30,370 bases of DNA from Chloroflexota bacterium (GCA_014360745.1 JACIWY010000001.1:1-30370), one strand, 5' to 3'. Shown: positions 16,857 through 26,797, counted from the first letter of the stretch. A program made the numbers and translations. Notes: generated by a model from the sequence alone, not told the origin.

Positions 16857-17840
16857 TTGAGAGCGACTGGAGAACGGCAAACCCGGCGTTTATTGTCCGA
16901 TGGCGGCGTCAGTGTGATCATCACTTGCTATAACGACGCGGAATATGTGGCCGGGGCGATCGAGAACGCTTTGGCCCAAGAGTATACGCCGCTGGAGGTA
17001 ATCATCGTCGACGACGGATCCACGGACGAATCCGTTCAAGTCATCGCGCCTTACACCACCGACCCAAGGGTCAGGGTCATTCGTCATCACGAAAACCGTG
17101 GCTTGCCCGCCGCACGCAACACGGCCATCCGTCAGGCACATGGCGAGTACATCGCCTTCCTGGATGCCGATGACCGCTGGCTGCCGGGCAAGGTGGCGGC
17201 CCAGGTTGCCTTTTTGCGCGCACACCCCACGGTGGGCATGTGCTACACCCGTGCCCGGCTTGTCACCCCGGAGGGCCGCGATCTGGGCATTACCCATCCC
17301 TTCTCGCCAACAGACGACCGCCGAGCGACATTGCGCCGTCTCTTTATCCAAGGGGGTGGAGGGATCCCTCCCTCCACGGTGATGGTGCGCCGTGAGGTGT
17401 TCGACGTCGTGGGGCTCTTTAACGAGAGGCTGCGCATGCGCCAGGACCGCGAACTATGGACGCGCATCGCTGCTCAATTCGCCATTGCCCGACTGGATGA
17501 GGCGCTGGCGCTCAAAACGCAACGCCCGAATAGTTTGGGCGCCAACGCCGTCCGTGGGGCGGAATACACCATCGCTTCCACCGAGGAACTGGTGAGGCAA
17601 TTCCCCGAACTAGCACCCTTGAGGGGCAAACGATTGGCGCGGCTTTACTTGCAGATAGGGGTGGCCCAGCTAAAAAGGGGAAACCGTCGTGAAGCGCGCC
17701 GCGCCCTATGGGCAGCCCTGCGCCATGATCCCTTCTTGGCACAAACCTATCCGGCCCTCATCCTGAGTTTCTTGCCCAGGAGCTTGATGGAGCGCATCTC
17801 AGCCACAAAACGCAAACGCCGCACAGCTCGTTTGCCCTAG
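16857..17840 (+). CDS. Family 2 glycosyltransferase with helical C-terminal region
   Basis: TTG start with GGGGAGG RBS. VSVIITCYN, IIVDDGSTD, NRGLPAARN, IAFLDADD, PSTVMVRR, QDRELW. Confidence 0.9.
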   Translation: MRATGERQTRRLLSDGGVSVIITCYNDAEYVAGAIENALAQEYTPLEVIIVDDGSTDESVQVIAPYTTDPRVRVIRHHENRGLPAARNTAIRQAHGEYIAFLDADDRWLPGKVAAQVAFLRAHPTVGMCYTRARLVTPEGRDLGITHPFSPTDDRRATLRRLFIQGGGGIPPSTVMVRREVFDVVGLFNERLRMRQDRELWTRIAAQFAIARLDEALALKTQRPNSLGANAVRGAEYTIASTEELVRQFPELAPLRGKRLARLYLQIGVAQLKRGNRREARRALWAALRHDPFLAQTYPALILSFLPRSLMERISATKRKRRTARLP

Positions 17841-17860
17841 AACATTTGTGCGGATATACT
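17832..17860 (+). promoter_or_regulatory. Sigma70-type promoter for lhr containing a LexA-like box in the spacer
   Basis: TTGCCC-N17-TATACT; GAAC-ATTT-GTGC at 17840-17851, one mismatch to GAAC-N4-GTTC. Confidence 0.5.
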
Positions 17861-17921
17861 GTTTTTCTAAAATATCGAGCTTTCAGGATTTTGCCGGTTG
17901 TGCCGTCGCCCAGGAGGCAGC

Positions 17922-20900
17922 ATGCCCAATCCCTTGGCCCCCTTTCTCCCGCCCGTCCAGCGTTGGTTCCGCGCCACCTATGGCCGGCCCACCCCGCCCC
18001 AGGCCCTGGGTTGGCCGGCCATCCAACGAGGGGAACATACCTTGATCTTATCGCCCACCGGCTCGGGCAAAACACTGGCCGCCTTTTTGTGGGGCATCGA
18101 CCGTATCTACCGGCGGCTCATCGAGGAACCGGAGACACAGGGCGTCCAGATCTTGTACATCTCGCCGCTCAAGGCGTTGAACAACGACATCGAGCGCAAC
18201 CTGCGCGCGCCGCAGAGCGGCATCCGCCGCACTGCTCAAGAGATGGGCCAGCCCCTACCTCCGCTGCGCGTCTCGGTGCGCACGGGCGATACGCCGTCGA
18301 CGGCGCGCCAGGCCATGGTGCGCAAACCACCCCACATCTTGATTACCACCCCCGAATCGCTTTATCTGATCCTCACCAGCCCCAAGGCGCGCGAGATGCT
18401 GCACAGTGTGCGCACCGTCATCGTCGATGAAATCCACACCCTATGCGGTAACAAGCGCGGCGTGCATTTGGCCCTGAGCCTGGAACGATTGGAGGAGATG
18501 GCCGACGCTTCGCCCCAGCGCATCGGCCTCTCGGCTACCCAGCGCCCTCTGGACGAAGTGGGGCGTTTTTTGGTTGGCCAGGAGTGGGAGACCGCCGGCG
18601 AAGAGGAGCGCCTGGTCGCGCGCGCGCTGACCATCGTCGACGCCGGCGCCGAGAAGGATCTGGATTTAAAGGTTGTGACGGTCGTGCCCGATCTGCGCCA
18701 GATCCCAGGCGGCTCTATCTGGCCTCACATCATCCCCCATGTGCTTCAAGAAGTGCGCCGTCATCGCACGACGCTCATCTTCACCAACGGCCGGCGCGCC
18801 GCCGAGCGCACCGCCGACCGCCTCAACGAGCAGTTCGCCCTGGAAGAAGAGGAGGTAATAGCCCCCGGCTCGCCGTTGGGGCTATTGAAAAGCGGCGTGC
18901 CCAAAGGACAGGGGATGTTCGGCACCGGCCGCGTCGACGGACCGTTCCGTGCCCATCACGGGTCGGTGGCCAAAGAGATACGCCTGGAGCTGGAGCAAAA
19001 ACTCAAAGCCGGCGAGTTGCCCGCGCTCATCGGCACCTCTTCGCTTGAGCTGGGCATCGATATCGGCTCCGTCGACGCCGTGATCCAACTCCAATCGCCG
19101 CGCGGCGTCGCCCGAGGCCTGCAACGGGTGGGGCGTTCGGGCCATCTGGTGGGGCAAACCAGCGTGGGCCGTATCTATGCCACCCATCGCGAGGACCTGC
19201 TCGACGCCGCCGCCGTGGCTCACGGCATGCTCAACGGCGACATCGAGCCCACCTACACGCCGCAGAACTGCCTCGATGTACTGGCTCAGCAGATCGTGGC
19301 TATGGTTTCTGTGCATGATTGGGATGCCCAGGCCCTTTATCGGTTGGTGCGCCGGGCCTACGGTTACCAGAACCTCCCTTGGGAGGCCTATACCAGCGTG
19401 TTGGGCATGTTGACGCTGTCCGATAGAGAAAAGCTCGATGGCGTCCTGGAGCTGCGCCCGCGCATCGCCTGGGATCGGGTGCACAACCGGCTCTCGGCGC
19501 TGCCGGGCAGCTGGATGCTGGCCATTCGCAACGGTGGCACCATCACCGACCGGGGCGAGTTCCGCGTCGTCCTGCCCGACGGCAAGACGACGTTGGGCAC
19601 GCTGGACGAGGAATTTGTCTTTGAGACGCGTCGCGGAGATGTCTTTACCCTGGGCAGCAACACCTGGCGCGTGATCGAAATCGACGAGGACAAGGTGATC
19701 GTTGCCGAGGCCGAGGGCAGCATGCCGCGCATGCCCTTCTGGCACGGTGAGTTGCCCAAACGCGACTATTACTTGGGCTTACGCTTGGGAGCCTTTCGCC
19801 GCGAGTTGGCCGATCGCGTGGCCGACCTGCCACAGATATCGGCCAGCCTGGAGGGTGACTGGGGTGAGGAAGGCCAAGCCGTCGTCGAGTGGCTGGAGAA
19901 GGAATACGCCATGGACGAGCGCTCGGCGCGCAATGCGATGCATTATGTGCGCAGCCAGCTCGACGTCTTGGGCACCATCTCGGCCGACGATACCGTTATT
20001 ATCGAGTGCTTTAACGACGCCCTGGGCGACCCGCGCGCGGTCATCCATTCCTGCTTCGGCGGGCGGGTCAACAGCGCCTGGGCGCTCGTCCTCGCCCACG
20101 CCCTGCGGGAGGAGCTGGGCATGAGCGTCGAGATACAGGTCAACGATGACGGCATCCTCTTGCGCCTCATGCAGATCGATCGCGATCTCCCGACGGCAAA
20201 CATGCTCTACGAGCTGATGCGCCGCTTGGGCCCGGAGGAGGCGCGCCAACGTCTGCTTTGGGAATTGCCCGAGTCGGCGCTATTCGGCGCGCAATTCCGT
20301 ATGAACGCTTCGCGGGCGCTGTTGTTGCCCGGCACAAGGGGCTCGCGACGCACCCCCTTCTGGCTGCAACGGCTGCGGGCCAAAGACCTATTGGCCATAG
20401 CCAAAGGGCAGGAGGATTTCCCGCTCATCCTCGAAACCTATCGCGACTGTCTGCGCGATGTGCTCGATCTGAAGCACCTCATGGAAGTGCTGGGGCGCAT
20501 CGCCGAAGGCGAGATCCGCCTCGTGGTGGCCGAGACCCTGATGCCCTCGCCGGTGGCGGCCGGGCTGCTCTTGGAGTTCATGAACGTTGAGATCTATGAG
20601 GACGACGTGCCCAAGCTCACTCGCCAGATGCAGGCCCTCGCGCTGAACCGCGAGTTGCTGGCCGAGCTGTTGGACGAGGAATTGCTGCCCGATTTGCTGC
20701 GCCCCGAAGCCATCACCGCCGTAGAGGCAGAGCTGCAACACATCGCCGAGGGATTCCAGGCGCGCAGCCCTGAGGAATTGGCCCTGATCCTTCGCGACCT
20801 GGGCGACCTGAGCACTGAGGAGGTGACCGCGCGTTGCCTGGGCGAAGGGCGAGCTTGGCTTTTACGCTTGGCCGCCGAGGGGAGGGTGTTCAAGATCTCC

Positions 20901-22688
20901 GTGCCGGCCGTGGCGGGGGGCGAAGTACGCTGGATCAACGCCGAGGACTACCGGCGCTATCGGGATGCCTGGGGCCTGCCCGAGGTCCCGCCGTTGCCCC
21001 TGCCCGAGGAGCTGCTTCGGCCCACACGCTCGCCGGAGGCCGCGCGAGAGGCGCTTTTGCGCAGAATGTTGCGCACCCACGCTCCCTTGACGATCGGGCG
21101 CATCCTGGAGCGTTACGCCTTCCCCGCGCCCTGGCTGGAGGAAAAGTTGGAGGAGTTGGCCGCCACGGGCCATTTGGTGGCCGGGCGGCTCAGCCCGAGG
21201 GCACAAGATCGCGAATGGTGCGATCGCCAGGTGTTGGAACGCATCCATCGTCGCACCCTCAGCCTGCTGCGCAGAGAAGTCCAACCGGTGGAGCTGCCCA
21301 TCTATGCCGATTTTTTGTGTCGTTGGCAGGGTGCGCACCCCTCTCGGCAGCGACGAGGGCGCGAGGGGTTGATACAGGTCATGCAGCAGATGCGCGGCCT
21401 GTCGGCACCAGCGGCCCTTTGGGAACGCGACCTGCTCCCGGCCAGGATCGAGGGTTACCGCCCTGCCTTATTGGACGAGCTCTGCCGCGAGGGAGACCCG
21501 GCCATCGGAGGGCTGGTCTGGACGATTGAGGGAGACGACCCCCAACGGGCCAAGCTGCGCTTTTTCTTTCGCGGCGAGGGCCGCCTCTTTTTGGGCGCTG
21601 GCGAGGATGTCGAAGAAGCAGAGGCGAACTTGAGCGAGCGCGCCAGGGCCGCCCTACAAACGCTTCGCCAGGAAGGCGCCCTTTATGCTGGCGAACTGCG
21701 CCAACTGCTCGGCTTGCAGAGCGCCGAGTTGGACGCGGCGCTGGTCGAGCTGGCCCTGGCCGGCTTGATCACCAACGATAGCCCGGAGGCGCTGCGCATC
21801 CTCCTGGCCGGCGCGTACGCCCAGCTGCGCCCCGCCGCCGGCATCCGCTCCTCATTAGATGAGGTGCTGGGCGAGTGGCGCGCCCGGCGCGAGCCCTCCT
21901 TGATCCGCAGGCCCTCCAAACAGCGGCTGCGCGAGGCTCAACGGCGGGCCGCGGAGCAGGCGGTGCCTTCTACATCGTGGGGCGGGCGATGGAGCCTGGT
22001 ACACCGCGCCGGCACGCTTGGCCCGCCGCTCGCGGATGAGGAGCGAGTGGCGCTCTTGGCCCGTCAGTTCCTGCTGCGTTACGGCGTGGTAACCCGCGAG
22101 TGCGTCGTCAACGAAGAAGGCCCCTGGGATTGGGCCACCCTGTACCGACATTTGCAACGCATGGAGCTGCGCGGCGAGGTACGCCGTGGCTACTTTGTCC
22201 GCGGGCTATCCGGCGTGCAGTTCGCCTTGCCGGAGGCGGTGCGGGCACTGCGCGAGGCGGCCCAGCCTGACGAAGAAACGCCGCTCGTGGTGCTCAACGC
22301 CTGCGACCCGGCGATGATCTACGGCCCGGCCTTGAGCGATGGCACCCGCGAACTCGGTGCAGGGCTGCCCGAGGTGGCCAACCCCTATCGCTTTGCGCGG
22401 CTGCCCTCCAACCTGGTGGTGTTGCAGCGGGGTGTGCCGATCCTGCTCTACGAACATGGCGGGGCGAGGTGGCGGGCCCTGCCCACACTGAACGAGAGCA
22501 CCCTGCGCGAGGCCGTTTCCCTGCTACTCCGAGACCTCACCCGCGGGGGTGGGCTGTGCGCCCACCCCCGACGCGTCTTGGTGCAAGAATGGAACGGGGC
22601 GCCGCCCATCGGGACGGCGATGCAACCGCTGCTCGAATCGCTGGGCTTTCGACGCGAGTCGCCGGCGATGGTGTGGGACGGGCTATGA
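17922..22688 (+). CDS. lhr: Full-length Lhr SF2 DNA repair helicase (core plus C-terminal winged-helix/glycosylase-like domain)
   Basis: ATG 17922 with AGGAGG RBS. SPTGSGKT, YISPLKAL, TTPES, DEIH, SAT, AHHGS, SSLELGID, QRVGRSGH, LDVLAQQ, LRYGVVTRE, RRGYFVRGLSGVQFALPEAV; 1588 aa. Confidence 0.93.
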   Translation: MPNPLAPFLPPVQRWFRATYGRPTPPQALGWPAIQRGEHTLILSPTGSGKTLAAFLWGIDRIYRRLIEEPETQGVQILYISPLKALNNDIERNLRAPQSGIRRTAQEMGQPLPPLRVSVRTGDTPSTARQAMVRKPPHILITTPESLYLILTSPKAREMLHSVRTVIVDEIHTLCGNKRGVHLALSLERLEEMADASPQRIGLSATQRPLDEVGRFLVGQEWETAGEEERLVARALTIVDAGAEKDLDLKVVTVVPDLRQIPGGSIWPHIIPHVLQEVRRHRTTLIFTNGRRAAERTADRLNEQFALEEEEVIAPGSPLGLLKSGVPKGQGMFGTGRVDGPFRAHHGSVAKEIRLELEQKLKAGELPALIGTSSLELGIDIGSVDAVIQLQSPRGVARGLQRVGRSGHLVGQTSVGRIYATHREDLLDAAAVAHGMLNGDIEPTYTPQNCLDVLAQQIVAMVSVHDWDAQALYRLVRRAYGYQNLPWEAYTSVLGMLTLSDREKLDGVLELRPRIAWDRVHNRLSALPGSWMLAIRNGGTITDRGEFRVVLPDGKTTLGTLDEEFVFETRRGDVFTLGSNTWRVIEIDEDKVIVAEAEGSMPRMPFWHGELPKRDYYLGLRLGAFRRELADRVADLPQISASLEGDWGEEGQAVVEWLEKEYAMDERSARNAMHYVRSQLDVLGTISADDTVIIECFNDALGDPRAVIHSCFGGRVNSAWALVLAHALREELGMSVEIQVNDDGILLRLMQIDRDLPTANMLYELMRRLGPEEARQRLLWELPESALFGAQFRMNASRALLLPGTRGSRRTPFWLQRLRAKDLLAIAKGQEDFPLILETYRDCLRDVLDLKHLMEVLGRIAEGEIRLVVAETLMPSPVAAGLLLEFMNVEIYEDDVPKLTRQMQALALNRELLAELLDEELLPDLLRPEAITAVEAELQHIAEGFQARSPEELALILRDLGDLSTEEVTARCLGEGRAWLLRLAAEGRVFKISVPAVAGGEVRWINAEDYRRYRDAWGLPEVPPLPLPEELLRPTRSPEAAREALLRRMLRTHAPLTIGRILERYAFPAPWLEEKLEELAATGHLVAGRLSPRAQDREWCDRQVLERIHRRTLSLLRREVQPVELPIYADFLCRWQGAHPSRQRRGREGLIQVMQQMRGLSAPAALWERDLLPARIEGYRPALLDELCREGDPAIGGLVWTIEGDDPQRAKLRFFFRGEGRLFLGAGEDVEEAEANLSERARAALQTLRQEGALYAGELRQLLGLQSAELDAALVELALAGLITNDSPEALRILLAGAYAQLRPAAGIRSSLDEVLGEWRARREPSLIRRPSKQRLREAQRRAAEQAVPSTSWGGRWSLVHRAGTLGPPLADEERVALLARQFLLRYGVVTRECVVNEEGPWDWATLYRHLQRMELRGEVRRGYFVRGLSGVQFALPEAVRALREAAQPDEETPLVVLNACDPAMIYGPALSDGTRELGAGLPEVANPYRFARLPSNLVVLQRGVPILLYEHGGARWRALPTLNESTLREAVSLLLRDLTRGGGLCAHPRRVLVQEWNGAPPIGTAMQPLLESLGFRRESPAMVWDGL

Positions 22689-22895
22689 TCGAGACATCTA
22701 CACAAGTCGCCAAGCACTTTAAGTGCCTGGCCAACTGACAAGGCGAGTGGGAGTATCGGGGAAGGGCAATCTTGGACAGGTCCTCGTTGCCTAACCTCAA
22801 GGGCGCCTTGCTCTGCTGCAAGGCCGATATTTGTGGCCGCATGATGACCTGGCACATCAAGAACATCCCTTGGCGCGCTATTGGAGGCCCCCTAA

Positions 22896-22923
22896 TTGGT
22901 CATCAGCCCTTCTTGCGTACAAT
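22896..22923 (+). promoter_or_regulatory. Possible promoter for the hisD operon
   Basis: TTGGTC-N16-TACAAT; the same CGTACAAT occurs at the hisI promoter. Confidence 0.35.
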
Positions 22924-22999
22924 AAGGCTTACATGATCCGATGCCCGGCGCGTCGTTTTGGCGCCATCGCGGCCGAGCAACAAAAGGGGAAACGACCGT

Positions 23000-24343
23000 A
23001 TGAGTGAGCAGCCGTTCTTGCGTATGGTATATGGGGCCGAGGCAGGCCGCGATACGGTGCTGCGCCGCCAGGCCCTGGAGGAGTATGAGCTATCTCCAGA
23101 AGCTCAGACGCGCATCGCTGCCCTGTTTGGGCAGCCGCTTTCCGCGGATGAGGTGGTGGAGCGCATTCTCGCGGATGTGCGGGCGCGGGGCGACGAGGCG
23201 CTGTTTCATTATTCGCGGCTGATCGACGGCGTCGAGTTGGAAACGTTGCGCGTCTCCGAGGAGCGCATTCGCCAGGGATGGGAGCGCACCGAGCCACCTC
23301 TGCGCGAGGCGTTGGAGCTGGCTGCCGAACGCATCCGCGCGTTTCATGCACACCAACCGCGCAACTCTTGGCTAGAGTGGGATGAGGAAGGCGGAGCGTT
23401 GGGCCAGATCGTGCGGCCACTGGAGCGGGTGGGCATCTATGCCCCTAACGGACGAGCGCCCTATCCCTCTTCCTTGCTGATGGCCGCCATCCCCGCGCGC
23501 GTGGCCGGCGTGCCGGAGGTCGTCGTAGCCACGCCGCCGCGCGACGGTGCACTGAACGACACCATCCTAGCCGCGGCGCATATCGCCGGCGTCCATGAGG
23601 TTTACGCCCTCGGCGGCGCCCAGGCCATCGCCGCGCTGGCCTACGGTAGCGAGTCGGTGCGTCGTGTGGACAAGATCATGGGCCCGGGCAATATCTTTGT
23701 CGTGCTGGCCAAACGGCGCGTGTTCGGCCTGGTGGACATCGACCAACTCCCCGGCCCCACGGAAACGCTGCTCATCGCCGATGAGACGGCCAAGCCGGCC
23801 TACGTCGCCGCCGACATGTTGGCCCAGGCCGAACACGACCCTTTGGCCTCGGCTATTTTGATCACCCCCTCGGCCACCTTGGCCACACAGGTCGAGGCGG
23901 CGTTGCGCGAACAACTTTCGACCATGGAGCGCCAGGAACTGGCCCTGGCCGCCCTGCAGAGGCGCGGCGGCATCGTCATCGTCCGAGACCTGGAGGAAGC
24001 CGTCGCGCTGGCCAACGAGTATGCGCCGGAGCACCTCTGCTTGCTGACGGCCGATCCCTGGGCGCTGGTGGGCAAGGTCAAAAATGCCGGCGGCATCTTT
24101 GTCGGTGAGCTGTCCTCCGAGGCACTGGGGGATTATGTAGTGGGGCCCAGCCATATCATGCCCACCGGCCAGACGGCCCGTTTCTCTTCGCCGGTGAACG
24201 TCTGGGACTTTCTCAAGATCACCAGTGTCTTTGCCATAGGCCCCGAGCTCGCCCGGCGACTGAGCCCTGCCGCCTTGGTGTTGGCCGAGAAGGAAGGACT
24301 CACCGGCCATGCCCGGGCGGTGCGCATACGTCAGCAACCCTGA
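23000..24343 (+). CDS. hisD: Histidinol dehydrogenase
   Basis: PLERVGIYAP, GGAQAIAALAYG, GPGNIFV, QAEHD, PEHL, GDYVVGPSH.LPT-like motif. Confidence 0.96.
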   Translation: MSEQPFLRMVYGAEAGRDTVLRRQALEEYELSPEAQTRIAALFGQPLSADEVVERILADVRARGDEALFHYSRLIDGVELETLRVSEERIRQGWERTEPPLREALELAAERIRAFHAHQPRNSWLEWDEEGGALGQIVRPLERVGIYAPNGRAPYPSSLLMAAIPARVAGVPEVVVATPPRDGALNDTILAAAHIAGVHEVYALGGAQAIAALAYGSESVRRVDKIMGPGNIFVVLAKRRVFGLVDIDQLPGPTETLLIADETAKPAYVAADMLAQAEHDPLASAILITPSATLATQVEAALREQLSTMERQELALAALQRRGGIVIVRDLEEAVALANEYAPEHLCLLTADPWALVGKVKNAGGIFVGELSSEALGDYVVGPSHIMPTGQTARFSSPVNVWDFLKITSVFAIGPELARRLSPAALVLAEKEGLTGHARAVRIRQQP

Positions 24344-24378
24344 CCCTTGAACCCGTTTGCTCCGAAAGAGAGGCGATT

Positions 24379-25527
24379 ATGAGCATACGAGATACCGAAT
24401 GGAACCTGACCCGGCTGATCGGCGAGCGGGTGCGCGGCCTACAAGAGTATGCCCCCGAGCCCCTGGAGGAGGTGGCGCATCGCTTGGGCCTGCCCGTGGG
24501 CGGGCTGATCAAGCTGGATGCCAACGAGAACCCTTACGGGCCCACCAAGCACACGTTGGACATCCTCACCGGTTATGCCTACGCCCACCGCTATCCCGAT
24601 CCTATCTGCCGTCGGCTGCGCCAGGCCATCGGCGAGTATCTAAACGTCGATCCGGGATGCATTTTGGTAGGCAACGGCTCCGACGAGTTGATCGACTTGA
24701 CCTTGCGCCTTTTCCGCCCCTCGCCAGCCGGCGGCGGCATCGGGCAGGTCATCGATTGCCCACCTACCTTCGGCATGTACTCTTTTTACGGCGTGACCAA
24801 CGACCTGGAGGTGATCGAGATCCCCCGCGATCAAGATTTTCGAGTCGATGTGGAGGGTATCGTCGCTCTGTGCCAGCGTGACCCGCAGCCCAAGGTGCTC
24901 TTTTTGGCCTCGCCCAACAACCCCGATGGGCAGTTGTTGTCCGACGCGGAACTGGCGCGCCTGCTAGAGCTGCCGTTGCTCGTCGTCCTCGACGAAGCCT
25001 ATATCGAATTCGGCGATGCCGCTCAAAACTCTCGCGTGGGATGGGTGGCCGAACGTGACAACCTGATCGTATTACGCACCTTTAGCAAATGGGGAGGCTT
25101 GGCCGGCCTGCGGGTAGGTTACGGCGTCTTTCCGCAGACGTTGATGACGGCCCTGTATCGGCTCAAATCGCCCTATAACGTCAACGGGCTGGCCCAGGCG
25201 GCGGCCCAGGCCACCTTGGAAGATCTGCCCACGGCTCAGGCCAATATCCACAAGATCGTGGCCGAACGCGAGCGTTTGCGAACCAAGCTCCAGGAAATCT
25301 CTTTTTTGCGTATTTATCCCAGCCAGGCGAACTTTTTGCTCTGTCGCGTGCAAGGGATGGCCGTCGAGACCATCCGGCAGGCGATGGAGAAGCGAGGGAT
25401 CATCCTGCGTTATTTCCGCCCGCCCCTTGAAGACTGTATCCGCATCACGGTCGGCACGCCGATGCAAGACGAAGCCGTGCTCATGGTCTTCAGAGCGCTG
25501 GACAAGGAGCGTCAAGATGGTCAATAA
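24379..25527 (+). CDS. hisC: Histidinol-phosphate aminotransferase
   Basis: LDANENPYGP, GNGSDELI, SPNNPDG, VVLDEAY, RTFSK..LAGLRVGY, SQANF, RITVGT. Confidence 0.95.
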   Translation: MSIRDTEWNLTRLIGERVRGLQEYAPEPLEEVAHRLGLPVGGLIKLDANENPYGPTKHTLDILTGYAYAHRYPDPICRRLRQAIGEYLNVDPGCILVGNGSDELIDLTLRLFRPSPAGGGIGQVIDCPPTFGMYSFYGVTNDLEVIEIPRDQDFRVDVEGIVALCQRDPQPKVLFLASPNNPDGQLLSDAELARLLELPLLVVLDEAYIEFGDAAQNSRVGWVAERDNLIVLRTFSKWGGLAGLRVGYGVFPQTLMTALYRLKSPYNVNGLAQAAAQATLEDLPTAQANIHKIVAERERLRTKLQEISFLRIYPSQANFLLCRVQGMAVETIRQAMEKRGIILRYFRPPLEDCIRITVGTPMQDEAVLMVFRALDKERQDGQ

Positions 25528-26119
25528 CTCAACTTGCCGCCAAGCCAAGGTTCACCGTCAGACCAAGGAAACCGACATCTCGTTGCGCCTGGATCTCGAC
25601 GGTTCCGGCCGCTGGCAACTCGACACCGGCGTGCCCTTTTTGGATCATATGCTCAGCCATGTGGCCGCACACGCCCTTTTTGATTTAGAGGTGACCTGTC
25701 GTGGCGACACGCAGATCGACGATCATCACTCGGTGGAGGATATAGGCATTTGCCTGGGCCAGGCTTTGGCCCAGGCACTGGGGGACAAACGTGGCATTGT
25801 GCGTTACGGCAGCCAATGGGTGCCCATGGATGAAGCCCTGGTGCTTGTGGCGCTGGACATCTCGGGGCGACCGTGGTTGAGCTGCGATCTGGACATCTCG
25901 GCGGATAAAGTGGGCACCTTTGATGTGGAGCTGGTGCCCGAATTCCTGCGCGCCTTGGCTCAGCATGGCGGCCTAACCTTGCACATACAACAAGCTCGCG
26001 GCACCAACGCGCACCACATCATCGAGGCGGTTTTCAAAGGACTGGGGCGGGCGCTGGGCCAGGCGGTGGCCCTCGATCCGCGGCGGAGCGATGTGCCTTC
26101 GACCAAGGGGACGTTGTAG
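25517..26119 (+). CDS. hisB: Imidazoleglycerol-phosphate dehydratase (monofunctional)
   Basis: RQTKETDI, TGVPFLDHML, DDHHSVED, PMDEAL, NAHHIIEAVFK; no N-terminal phosphatase domain. Confidence 0.95.
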   Translation: MVNNSTCRQAKVHRQTKETDISLRLDLDGSGRWQLDTGVPFLDHMLSHVAAHALFDLEVTCRGDTQIDDHHSVEDIGICLGQALAQALGDKRGIVRYGSQWVPMDEALVLVALDISGRPWLSCDLDISADKVGTFDVELVPEFLRALAQHGGLTLHIQQARGTNAHHIIEAVFKGLGRALGQAVALDPRRSDVPSTKGTL

Positions 26120-26120
26120 G

Positions 26121-26741
26121 ATGTTGATGCTTATCGATTATGGCGTGGGCAACCTGCGCAGTGTGTATATGGCCTTTAAGCGGTTGGGCGTCGAGGCCCG
26201 CGTCACCAGCGAGGCGGCCGAGATTCGCCGGGCCAAGGCCCTGGTGCTGCCTGGCGTGGGCGCTTTTGGCGACGCCATCGGCAACGTGCGCGCTTTGGGG
26301 CTAGAGGAACCGATCCTCTCCGCCGTGCGCGACGGAGTGCCTTTTTTCGGCATTTGCGTGGGGATGCAATTGCTCTTTGAGGTGAGCGAAGAGATGGGCG
26401 AGCATCGCGGCCTGGGCATCTTGGCCGGGCGGGTGCGACGCTTTTCCCATGGCCTGACGGTGCCGCATATGGGCTGGAACCAGATCCATCAGGCGCAGGC
26501 CGTGCCCCTATGGCATGGCCTGCCTGATCACAGCTATGCCTATTTCGTCCATTCCTACTATTGCGCTCCGGAGGATCCGACGCTCATCGCCGCTACGACC
26601 GATTACGGCATCGATTTTTGCTCGGCGGTGGCGCAGGGCAATCTGTATGCCATCCAGTTCCATCCGGAAAAGAGCCAGGATGTGGGGGAACGCATCCTGC
26701 GCAACTTTTTAAAGGTTGCCGGCTACGCTCTGCCGGGCTAA
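26121..26741 (+). CDS. hisH: Imidazole glycerol phosphate synthase, glutaminase subunit
   Basis: IDYGVGNL, LPGVGAF, GICVGMQLL, PHMGWN, YFVHSY, QFHPEKS. Confidence 0.96.
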   Translation: MLMLIDYGVGNLRSVYMAFKRLGVEARVTSEAAEIRRAKALVLPGVGAFGDAIGNVRALGLEEPILSAVRDGVPFFGICVGMQLLFEVSEEMGEHRGLGILAGRVRRFSHGLTVPHMGWNQIHQAQAVPLWHGLPDHSYAYFVHSYYCAPEDPTLIAATTDYGIDFCSAVAQGNLYAIQFHPEKSQDVGERILRNFLKVAGYALPG

Positions 26742-26797
26742 GGTTGCTCGACGCCGAGCCGCAAGCCTTTTGTCGAATATAGTTTTGGAGCGAGGTC

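Noticed and set aside
22716-22728. GCACTT-T-AAGTGC as CIRCE (HrcA)
   Set aside because: Lacks the TTAGCACTC-N9-GAGTGCTAA spacing, and no chaperone gene is adjacent.
22448-22866. Minus-strand ORFs 22448..22855 and 22537..22866
   Set aside because: Overlap the lhr 3' end in antisense, with no RBS or recognisable domain.
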